NCBI GenBank assembly: GCA_964528635.1
Contig: CAZGSW010000004.1
Location: 5,667-37,666, forward strand
DNA: 32,000 bases
DNA from: an uncultured Rhodoplanes sp.
GTDB lineage: Bacteria; Pseudomonadota; Alphaproteobacteria; Rhizobiales; Xanthobacteraceae
Reading direction: 5' to 3'
Positions 17,886 to 25,647 of this stretch are shown one piece after another. Under the pieces are notes generated by a model. That model did not search any database. It was not told where the DNA came from and saw only the letters and a list, made by a program, of their open reading frames with translations. How positions within the stretch are numbered: position 1 is the first letter of the stretch; the number at the start of each line of letters is the position of its first letter. The position numbers and the translations under genes were made by a program.

Positions 17886-18974
17886 TCAGCCGGCCGACCC
17901 CGGATTAATCAACCCCAGAACTTGCGCCATCAGCTCGCCGCGATTGCGCACGCCCGTCTTGCGATAGATGTTTTGCAGATGGTTGCGCACGGTGTTGCGC
18001 GTCAACGCCAACTCATTTGCAACGTTCTGGAGATCCAGCCCGCATGAAATCGATGACAGGATACGGGCTTCGGACGGTGTAAGCCCAAACATCGCTGGCG
18101 CCGCGCGTTCGAGGAAACCGGCATATCGGCGCGGATCGCGAATGAATATTTTTGCTTCTCGGCTGCCTGGCATCGGCAGGGTCTGCACAATCAATGTCGC
18201 CTCGGGCTTTGGAAGCGGCAGGCGTAATAGTCCAGACGTGCCCGATGCGGCTTTGGCGAGCAGGCTACGAAGCAAGACATTCAATGAAGGAGTGCCGGTC
18301 AGTAGTTCGCCGTCAACAAGGGACAATCCGCTGCCTTCACTGATCAGATTTTCTGCCGCGCTATTGGCAGTGACGACTGCGCCTTTTGCGTCAAGCGAGA
18401 ACACCGCCCACGGCAAATGCTCGTACAGAGGATCGGCGCGCAATAACTGCCGTTCGCTTGCCTGACGGGACTTGGAAAGCTTCCAGGCTTTGGCAAGATT
18501 TTCTGAGGTCCTGGAAAACGCATTGATTTTATCGCTGTCGGGATGACCTTGCCTGGCTTCAAATTCAATCGAATGAAATACCGAGACATCGCCATCATCG
18601 TAAAGCCGCGTCCCGAGAAAATAGCGAACATTGCTGGCCCGCTGAATGGCCGCGTAAAATTCACTTCGGTCGATCGCGGCCTCGGATATAAACCGGGCTT
18701 CATAAGCGATATGGCCCGGCGCATGGCGCAAGGAATAGCGCATCCGCGGATTAATCGCGTTGAGATGATCGATATATTCCTGAGCGCCGTGCTGAAGTCC
18801 CGGCCCGATCCAGTTGCTGATTTTTCCGGTCTTGCGGTTGAGCTCGAAAATGACGCCCCCACTGCTGTCGTAGTGGTCAAGCAGTTTTCCAAGAACGCGC
18901 TCGAACGGCAGCTCGCCGAGTGCGGCGTCAAACATCAGGCTATCCAGGCGCGAAATGTCGTCGAGCCGTGACAT
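17886..18974 (-). CDS. LuxR-family transcriptional regulator (unknown N-terminal sensor domain plus GerE HTH)
   Basis: 362 aa. C-terminal LTPSEARILSSISCGLDLQNVANELALTRNTVRNHLQNIYRKTGVRNRGELMAQVLGL. Confidence 0.85.
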   Translation of the reverse strand: MSRLDDISRLDSLMFDAALGELPFERVLGKLLDHYDSSGGVIFELNRKTGKISNWIGPGLQHGAQEYIDHLNAINPRMRYSLRHAPGHIAYEARFISEAAIDRSEFYAAIQRASNVRYFLGTRLYDDGDVSVFHSIEFEARQGHPDSDKINAFSRTSENLAKAWKLSKSRQASERQLLRADPLYEHLPWAVFSLDAKGAVVTANSAAENLISEGSGLSLVDGELLTGTPSLNVLLRSLLAKAASGTSGLLRLPLPKPEATLIVQTLPMPGSREAKIFIRDPRRYAGFLERAAPAMFGLTPSEARILSSISCGLDLQNVANELALTRNTVRNHLQNIYRKTGVRNRGELMAQVLGLINPGSAG

Positions 18975-19075
18975 CGGATTGTCACCCTGTGCTGACCCGG
19001 CTCTGACCTGAGCTGCCGGGCCGCAGCAAGCAATAAATGATCAATCCAGATTACGTGCGAACGCGATCAACGAGG

Positions 19076-19297
19076 CTATCCAGCGATTGCGGCAAATTGT
19101 CCGGGACGGTGCCACCAGTACCCCCGGGTTGAGAACTGCTTCACCCAGTCGCGAAGCTGCGATGCGTGGACACTTAGATCCTGCGAAGCCTGCACATACG
19201 AGACGGCCCAATCCTTGATCAGGCGCACCGACTCAAGCTTGAACTCTCGCGTAGACTGCCGCCTCCGCGTGACGCACCTCCAGTCCCATGAAAACAC
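19076..19297 (-). pseudogene. IS3-family OrfA (HTH) remnant, homologous to the one at 4440-4575
   Basis: RRRQSTREFKLESVRLIKDWAVSYVQASQDLSVHASQLRDWVKQF, then loss of similarity. No OrfB follows. Confidence 0.7.
19133..19207. repeat. right copy of the direct repeat shared with 4446-4521
   Basis: See the left copy. Same orientation, about 80% identity by hand alignment. Confidence 0.7.
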
Positions 19298-19948
19298 CTA
19301 ACTCCGTGTCTTCCGACACCCGATGCGGGCCAGGCAGGACTTAGTCAATCCCCCCGGCGAAGCGCGCTGCAGTTCTCGTATACCAAGCTCGGCAAAAGCT
19401 TCCGGATTTGACGGCACGCGTCCAGTCCCGAACGTCGAAATTGCCACTTCGCAAAATATGGTCGGATTAAACGGTATCCGTCCGAGTTTGTCCCATTCAT
19501 CATTGGAAGAGACAACGATGACCAAACTTGACGTTCCATATTCGGGCCTTATGCGCATCCTGTCTGTCGACGGCGACCACTCGTTGCCTTGGCGCCGTCG
19601 ACCCTGCAATGTAGATGGCCGTCTTCAGGTTCGGCCCTGGCCCAACAAGGTCAATAGTCCCAGAACACCGGAACCCAACGAAAGACATCGCCGTCGACCG
19701 CATCGGCAACTCATTGTTCGCCGCAACCCGCCGGCGGCAGCGGGCGTTGCCGCTACAGCGGCCTGTTGCAACGTGAACGCATGATTTTCCCTGGTTAGCC
19801 AAAACCCTCCGGCACTAGGCAGATATTGCGCTAACAATTGAGCACCCTCCGCGCGCGGCGGGGATCGCCGTCGATCCTCCGGACGCACACGAAAATTGTG
19901 CCTAGACGCGAAACCATTCCCGTCTCGACTTCGCGGACGCGGCCGTTA

Positions 19949-20115
19949 CCCGCCGCCGGTCACCAGCGCGCACACCTTATCGCCGAGCTTGAAGCGTCCG
20001 ACGCCCTCTCCCAGCGCCACCACCTCGCCCGCGATCTCGAGCCCCGGAATATCGAACGCGCCCTTCGGCGGCGGATAGGTGCCCTGGCGCTGGCGGACCG
20101 GCGCCGGGAGGGGAC
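19949..20115 (-). pseudogene. fragment of an NADPH:quinone oxidoreductase / zinc-type alcohol dehydrogenase N-terminal (GroES-like) domain
   Basis: My own minus-strand translation (too short for the ORF track) reads RPLPAPVRQRQGTYPPPKGAFDIPGLEIAGEVVALGEGVGRFKLGDKVCALVTGGG*. This matches the Qor/PIG3-type motif NRPDVxQRxGxYPPPxGASxILGLExAGEV...GDxVxAL..GGG. It is truncated on both sides. Confidence 0.5.
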
Positions 20116-20281
20116 GGGATCTACGATGGTGCGCCCCGGTTCAAGAAGAAGAACTCCCAATCCCAGGTCACGATCACCGACACCCGAAGGGCGCCGCACG
20201 ATCGCTCTATATCGGAACGCCGCTCGGACAGCTGACCATGGAGGTCCGCACCCTTTTCGGTATACCCATTTGGAGCTTTTC

Positions 20282-20563
20282 ATGACACCAAAACAATCTC
20301 ATCGACAGACCAAGCAACAGCAGGCGATGCAAAAAGCGCGCGACTTTCTAAGAGAACACAAGGTCAATTTTTGGGAGCCTGATCAATGGACCATCAGGAT
20401 CGACGACGCTTGTTACTGGCCGCATAAACAGCGCCTCTACATCGATAATGAAGAACGCTCCGAACGCAACGTGGACCTTCATACGCTGGCAGACAAACTC
20501 GGCCTTCATTCGACAGAGAGCATCGATATCCGGCCGCCGGCAACTGATGAATGGTACAGGTGA
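20282..20563 (+). CDS. hypothetical small protein (93 aa)
   Basis: ATG 20282 is preceded by TGGAGC. Product is MTPKQSHRQTKQQQAMQKARDFLREHKVNFWEPDQWTIRIDDACYWPHKQRLYIDNE... No family recognised. The ORF-track N-terminal extension (19838-) was not used. Confidence 0.4.
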   Translation: MTPKQSHRQTKQQQAMQKARDFLREHKVNFWEPDQWTIRIDDACYWPHKQRLYIDNEERSERNVDLHTLADKLGLHSTESIDIRPPATDEWYR

Positions 20564-20714
20564 GTCACTATATGCACATGCACATGCACCCTGCCCTGCT
20601 CTGTCTGGCCACGTACTCCGACTATCGGGACTTATCGTTACACACCACGATCAATTCCAGTTACGCACGGCGCTGAGCCCCATGCACTGACTGCGTGCCC
20701 CTTTTGAAATCCAA

Positions 20715-20746
20715 TAGGGCGCGGGTGTACCGCGCCCTATTTTTTT
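20715..20746 (+). terminator. Rho-independent terminator
   Basis: Perfect 10-bp stem TAGGGCGCGG / CCGCGCCCTA (20715-20724 and 20730-20739), 5-nt loop GTGTA, followed by T7 (20740-20746). Confidence 0.65.
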
Positions 20747-20885
20747 GACCGCGCCCGAGGGTTTGTGGACAATTCGTCTTCGATAACCCGCGATTCTGCC
20801 GGCGTTGCGTGTCTCCAATACCTGGGCGAGCCCGCTGCATCAAAGCCGAACACATTGATTCGAAGAGGTGGTGGATTGAGAAGAT

Positions 20886-20945
20886 GATCGCCTCCAGCGA
20901 CACCTTGGCCTTGAACTCAGACGTAAACCGTCTCGGCGTTCGCAT
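20886..20945 (-). pseudogene. IS3-family OrfA N-terminal remnant (about 20 codons)
   Basis: MRTPRRFTSEFKAKVSLEAI matches the conserved IS3-family OrfA start (RRFTxEFKAKVxLEAL). Similarity ends abruptly afterwards. Confidence 0.55.
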
Positions 20946-21068
20946 GGTCGGTCATCCTCGTCGATGAACCTACCTTAGCCGGCTGTCCCAGGAAGTAGGA
21001 CCACCTCACGCCTACCGGACCGAAGGCCCAGATACCCGTCAAGCGGCCATGGGCGCAAGAAATCTGCC

Positions 21069-22166
21069 TTAAGTATTTGATATCGCTAGCCCGCAGGGTA
21101 GCGGTGCAGGACTCGGCTTGTGTCCGTGCAAAAGACGACAAAACTCGGCAAAGATCAGGTTCCAGGATGCCACCCCATGCATCCTGATCCAAAACCGCAG
21201 TACATCCCGAACGCAATCTCTCAACGGTCGGTTTAGCGCCGTCGCCACCTGCTCCCATTCATGCCGGATGCTGAGCCAAGTCTGTTCATCGACATCTTCA
21301 ACAGCAAGGGTGTGGGCTACATCTGGGTGCCGGGCACCGCGTGCATACCGGGAATGAAACGCGCGAACAAAACCCTGCATAGCGTCAGCCCGCTTCACGC
21401 AATCGCCACCAATTTGAAGCGATTGTCGGAGAGCCGTATCCACTTCACCACGCAGCGCGGCTAGCCAGCACTCCGCGATCTGCTTTCCTTTGCCAAACCC
21501 GCATGCAGATAACGCCTCATTCACTCCTATCGCGCCGCCTATGATGCCTACCTGAAGAGACGCTTGCGCACGCCCAACCCACCCGTCGGAACCGCAGGCC
21601 AAGATTTCAAGCGCCCTGTCTTCATAATTCACACGGTGAGCGATGCATCTCGTTCGCAAGTCAGCCACAACTTCCCCGATGGGAGACGGGATCATTTCGT
21701 AAACCTGACATCGAGACTTGATGGCGGCACTCACCTTCATCATATCGGACGATAAAAACACAGCCACATGAAGCTCGATTTTCTCAAGCGGCTTCAGCAG
21801 CCGGTCCGATACTGGTCCCGGCAGGCACTCCGCGTTTCGCACAACCAAAACGAGGGGCTCCATCCCTACCGAACGAAGCTTGGTCAGTTGGTCACGAACG
21901 TGATCGTGTGAATGGTGCACTCGCGCGTCAAGCTCAATGTAACGCAGGGATCCGGCTGCCATAACCCCCTGGCAGTTCGAGCAAACACCGCATGGCTTTG
22001 TGGGCGATTGGCAAAGCACGCTCTTTGCGTAGAGCCTTGCAAGGCTCAATTTACCGGAGCCCTCGGGCCCCCATAGCATGAGGGGCCGATGCTTGCCGGC
22101 CGCGCTGCGCTCAAGCAAGGCCGCTACCACCACTTTCTGTCCGACGACATCGTTGAAATGCTTCAT
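21069..22166 (-). CDS. clamp-loader delta-prime (HolB)-like AAA+ protein with a degenerate ATP site
   Basis: 365 aa. FNDVVGQ, P-loop GPEGSGKL (Thr/Ser replaced by Leu), zinc module CQSPTKPCGVCSNC, Walker-B position LVLVVRNAE (no DE), retained SRC motif (KSRC). ATGA overlap with the upstream gene. Confidence 0.8.
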   Translation of the reverse strand: MKHFNDVVGQKVVVAALLERSAAGKHRPLMLWGPEGSGKLSLARLYAKSVLCQSPTKPCGVCSNCQGVMAAGSLRYIELDARVHHSHDHVRDQLTKLRSVGMEPLVLVVRNAECLPGPVSDRLLKPLEKIELHVAVFLSSDMMKVSAAIKSRCQVYEMIPSPIGEVVADLRTRCIAHRVNYEDRALEILACGSDGWVGRAQASLQVGIIGGAIGVNEALSACGFGKGKQIAECWLAALRGEVDTALRQSLQIGGDCVKRADAMQGFVRAFHSRYARGARHPDVAHTLAVEDVDEQTWLSIRHEWEQVATALNRPLRDCVRDVLRFWIRMHGVASWNLIFAEFCRLLHGHKPSPAPLPCGLAISNT

Positions 22167-23299
22167 TCTGTCGACGCAGCCGACTGAACATCTTGACCCG
22201 ACAGCAAGGCGGCAACATTCGACGAGGAACCAAGCTCGCTGGCGCTCCTAGCGCACGCACCTACAACCGCCTCAAACAACGAACGCCTCCTCTTTCCCAA
22301 GGCCGTTTCGAATTCGCCTCCAAACAAAGCATTCTTGAAACTCGAGGGCTCCCGCAACCATTCTTCGTCGTCGGTGGCCATGTGGTCACGGCACAGTCGC
22401 TCTACCGCAGGAACGAGCGGAGACGTTAAAAGCACACGCTCGCTCAACATCAATCGCAAAGCCCAGGAAATATACCGAGCCGGCGGCCCCAGTTTCTGCT
22501 TGTTGCGCCGATACCGCCTGTCCGTGCCGCAAATGGCCTTTTCGGTCGCGGAGTACAGCTCCGCGAGTATCGCAGAATTTGTCCTTAGTTTTTCCGTCTT
22601 CATGACATCGACCGCCTGCAGCAGCCGCCGAATTTGCAAATGCCCTCGGTCTTCAAGGAAATCCATGACGCATTCGTTGAGAACTTCGCCGCGGAGACTT
22701 CTTCGTTTGTTTGAGAGCTGGCTCGCGAAGGTCGGCGACAGGATTGTCATGTCGACCAGTTTCGCAATCTCCCCCAGCGACCATGACTTGTCCGCCAAGG
22801 TGGAACGAAGGATTCTAAAAGCGACCGCGTGAGCATTTCGGAACTGATCGTAGCCATTCCGCCGAACCAAAAACTCAAAGATTTCTTTCACATTGGATTT
22901 CGATACCCGGGGCTCCTCGATGATGACCGCGTTTGCTGCGGCGCTGGTCCATATTTCCGAAGATGCTTCATCGTCGTGGGCCCGAACAAAAATGCAAAAT
23001 GAACTCAATCGCCCGTTCAGCGCTATCACGTTTAAGGCTTCTACCAAAACTGCGTTTCGGCGCTCCGTTCCGACATCACACATCGCAAGCGTTTCACCGA
23101 AGAGGCCATCAACACTTAGTAGCTTCAGCGACAACTCGCTCGGCACCACAGTCTCCGCCATGACATGGCACGCCTCGGCCTCTTCAAGGATCCGCTCGCG
23201 AACGGGCGCCTTGAGATACCCGCTTCGGTAGCGATAAATGACCCGTATTCCGGGATGTGGGGAGGGATCCGACAGAAATCGAACATCAGACGTATTCAT
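22163..23299 (-). CDS. hypothetical protein; possible clamp-loader delta (HolA)-like subunit
   Basis: 378 aa with no P-loop. Size and position lie between the DnaX-like and delta-prime-like genes. Delta-like landmarks by eye: IRVIYRYRSGYLKAPVRERILEEA, DGLFGETLAMCDV, PRVSKSNVKEIFEFLVRRNG. Overlaps the upstream gene by 14 nt and the downstream gene by 4 nt. Confidence 0.7.
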   Translation of the reverse strand: MNTSDVRFLSDPSPHPGIRVIYRYRSGYLKAPVRERILEEAEACHVMAETVVPSELSLKLLSVDGLFGETLAMCDVGTERRNAVLVEALNVIALNGRLSSFCIFVRAHDDEASSEIWTSAAANAVIIEEPRVSKSNVKEIFEFLVRRNGYDQFRNAHAVAFRILRSTLADKSWSLGEIAKLVDMTILSPTFASQLSNKRRSLRGEVLNECVMDFLEDRGHLQIRRLLQAVDVMKTEKLRTNSAILAELYSATEKAICGTDRRYRRNKQKLGPPARYISWALRLMLSERVLLTSPLVPAVERLCRDHMATDDEEWLREPSSFKNALFGGEFETALGKRRRSLFEAVVGACARSASELGSSSNVAALLSGQDVQSAASTE

Positions 23300-25268
23300 C
23301 TAGTGCACCATCAGCCAAGCCCAGCCGCACCCGCAATTGCGTTAGTTCGGCGGCGGCAAGATCAAATTGCTTGGCTCCCTTTGGCTCCATCGAATTCTCC
23401 AACTTTGATCGGATTTGATGCGCGGTGACCTCCCATCCGGAGTACAGCTCCGGCCAATTTTGGGCGTTAAAAGCCGATAAGAATGGAAGCCCGCCTCGCA
23501 TCGCAATACGGCGAAGGTCTTTGCCGCAGGAATCCGACGAAGCGTAGCGGTTTCCGGCGCCGAGGTTTCCAATAGAGCGGCCGCTGATACCAAGTTCCTT
23601 CGGCGCCTCGTCCAGCTTGAGGCCTCCGCAAAGCCAGCGAATACAGCTCCAGTGTGCCTCCAGTGGATTTGCGTCACGAGCGACCTCGAAGCTGGCAGCA
23701 TCGGCCTTTCGTTCCTCGGCTCGATCGCGCAGCCGCCAATGCCGAAGCCAACGTTGCAAATCAGCGACGGTCTCATCTTGGAGGTCAGGTAGCGAAATGA
23801 TCATCCGGACGCAAAGTCCGAGATTTGGGTCCACCTCTTGCACCAACATGCGATCGTTGTGCCCGAACCACGCTTTCAGCCGCTGGCTGAGGGCGGCCGA
23901 GAACAAGCCGGTATTCTTACCGGCTGCCTTCTGGTCGCGGCAGCCAAACGCATCGTGTCGTACGGTAATTTGAACATTAAATTGCCGCCCGGATTCTTGC
24001 ACAAGAGCCGATGCGAAGTTGTAGATCTTCTGAACCTCAGCGATTGAGAGGTAATTTGGATCTCTCTCGCTTGCCTTGTTTCTAACGGACGGCTTCGCTC
24101 GCTTATCATCGATTGGCCTGCTGGCAACTTCGTCGGCAATCGCAGGCCTCTTGCCGAGATCGCTCTCGCATACGCGCTCCTGGAACAGGATAACCTGCGA
24201 CAGAAGGCCTTCGTCACTAAGCTCTGCCAGATTGATGGGAAGAAGACCCAGCATTTCCTGCCACGCACGCCGCAGGCCGGCTTCGTTCTGAAATCTACGA
24301 CCGAATGCGTCGATGATGGGCTTCTTCTCATCCGCCTTGATAGACCCGATAAGCGGGTCAACTACCATTGGCGAGCCCGTCAGGTCGTTGTAGTAAATCG
24401 AAACCAGCAAGCCCTGTATCATTGAGAGCTTGCGACGTAGAGGAGCGCGCCATTCGAAAAACAGGTTTGATTGGCTATCAAACTTTCCCTCTCCTAAAGC
24501 GACGAAGTATTGCAGCAGCGATTCAGTATCCGCCACGCCAAAGCTGGCCCTTACTCCGGCCCGTGTCACTGAGCCGACGATAAGGACCTGGTCCAATGCT
24601 TGGAGCATGTTGCGGGGCTGCCCTTCGCCCAGCCCCCAAATTAGCGTCAACGCCTCTTCTTCGAAACCAACCTTCCCTTCGTCTCTGAGCACACGGCGCA
24701 GCAGGGCGGTACCTTCTTCAGCCCCCACCGGATGAATCTGAAGCTCCAGCATTCTGGATTTCAATGCACCAGAAATTTTTTCTGGCTGCGTGGTTGCGAA
24801 GATGTAAGTTACCTCCGAAGGGGCTTCTTCGAGCTCCTTCAAAAGAAAGTCTGCAGATTCTTTCCATCGGCTGAGACTGTGCGCTTCATCAATAAATATT
24901 ACCCGCGCATCTTGAGGAGCCGGACGAGGGTGTATGAAAGGTCGCAGCGAATTTTTGAAATCAGTTTCCTTGTCAAAGGAAGGCGCATCAAATTCAATAA
25001 ATTTCGATGTCTCGGTATTAGAAGGCTGGCAGCCTCGGCAGACCAGGCAAGGAGACCCGTCCGCTTCTAAGGAAACACAACATAAGGCCTTTGCATAAAT
25101 GCGTGCGAGCGTAGTCTTGCCCGACCCGATACTTCCATAAAGCAGGATGTGCCTGCGATTTCGCGTGAGGCTTAACGAACGCAGAATTTCCACCGGTATT
25201 GGTTGCCCCACGACCTCTGAGTATCTTTGAGGGCGATATTTCGTTCCAAGAGCACCGTTTTGCGTCAT
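23286..25268 (-). CDS. DnaX (gamma/tau)-like AAA+ ATPase with an unrelated C-terminal ~250-aa domain
   Basis: 660 aa. KYRPQRYSEVVGQ, Walker A GSIGSGKTT, zinc module CCVSLEADGSPCLVCRGC, Walker B VIFIDEAH, LLKELEEAP, sensor-1 IFATT, KSRM at the SRC position, sensor-2 GEGQPRNMLQALDQ. After about aa 370 comes a basic linker (DDKRAKPSVRNKASERD) and an unrecognised domain. Confidence 0.85.
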   Translation of the reverse strand: MTQNGALGTKYRPQRYSEVVGQPIPVEILRSLSLTRNRRHILLYGSIGSGKTTLARIYAKALCCVSLEADGSPCLVCRGCQPSNTETSKFIEFDAPSFDKETDFKNSLRPFIHPRPAPQDARVIFIDEAHSLSRWKESADFLLKELEEAPSEVTYIFATTQPEKISGALKSRMLELQIHPVGAEEGTALLRRVLRDEGKVGFEEEALTLIWGLGEGQPRNMLQALDQVLIVGSVTRAGVRASFGVADTESLLQYFVALGEGKFDSQSNLFFEWRAPLRRKLSMIQGLLVSIYYNDLTGSPMVVDPLIGSIKADEKKPIIDAFGRRFQNEAGLRRAWQEMLGLLPINLAELSDEGLLSQVILFQERVCESDLGKRPAIADEVASRPIDDKRAKPSVRNKASERDPNYLSIAEVQKIYNFASALVQESGRQFNVQITVRHDAFGCRDQKAAGKNTGLFSAALSQRLKAWFGHNDRMLVQEVDPNLGLCVRMIISLPDLQDETVADLQRWLRHWRLRDRAEERKADAASFEVARDANPLEAHWSCIRWLCGGLKLDEAPKELGISGRSIGNLGAGNRYASSDSCGKDLRRIAMRGGLPFLSAFNAQNWPELYSGWEVTAHQIRSKLENSMEPKGAKQFDLAAAELTQLRVRLGLADGALDEYV

Positions 25269-25392
25269 GCAGTTACCATATCGTGCTTAGCATTGTGGCT
25301 GCCAGCGCGGTACTGATCGCACCGGCAAGGAGGCCCGTCGCACGGGCCGACCGTCTCACATACCGAAGCGTCGCGAAATGGTTCATCAGCAG

Positions 25393-25647
25393 CTACCCCC
25401 GCAATGAGGGCACTGCCGAAAAAGTTTCCGCAGGCGCCGGTGGCCCGCCTTCGGGCGGATGCACGCCGACGCATCCGGCCGCAGCAGCGTTAAGGGCGGC
25501 CTGAGGCCCCGCACCGTCGCGGTGCAGGGGGCCAGGCTTGCCCATTTCATCGAGCCCGAGAAGACCGTACTCGCGGCGCAGACGTGCCCGAATCTCGGGA
25601 TCGTCGATCTTGATGAGATCCCGTTGGAGAGCGGCAAAATTATTCAT
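25393..25647 (-). CDS. hypothetical small protein (84 aa), weak call
   Basis: ATG 25647 overlaps the upstream stop by 8 nt. Product is MNNFAALQRDLIKIDDPEIRARLRREYGLLGLDEMGKPGP... Its 3' end overlaps a competing 69-aa ORF (25265-25474). Confidence 0.35.
   Translation of the reverse strand: MNNFAALQRDLIKIDDPEIRARLRREYGLLGLDEMGKPGPLHRDGAGPQAALNAAAAGCVGVHPPEGGPPAPAETFSAVPSLRG

Noticed and set aside
19298-19802. Several 90-150-aa ORFs on both strands (19298-19609 minus, 19323-19784 plus, 19500-19802 minus). Together they might represent a frameshifted gene (fragments such as TIDLVGPGPNLKTAIYIAGS and EYGTSSLVIVVSSNDEWDKLGRIPFNPTIF).
   Set aside because: I could not match any fragment to a family or establish a consistent frame, so I left the region unannotated as probable decayed sequence.
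20572-20589. (ATGCAC)x3 tandem microrepeat.
   Set aside because: It is too short to be a CRISPR, VNTR or regulatory array, and no further copies occur nearby.
23286-25268. The DnaX-like gene as the housekeeping dnaX of the organism.
   Set aside because: No ybaB/recR follows it. It has an SRM rather than SRC motif, a non-tau C-terminus and lower G+C. It is also coupled to delta-like and delta-prime-like genes, which are normally dispersed in the genome. This still needs confirmation that a canonical dnaX exists elsewhere.
25332-25348. 7-bp stem / 3-nt loop hairpin (GGCCCGT CGC ACGGGCC) just upstream of the DnaX-like start.
   Set aside because: No U-tract follows on the transcribed strand, and it may simply be coding sequence of the competing 69-aa ORF. 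It is noted within the small-ORF finding rather than as a feature.
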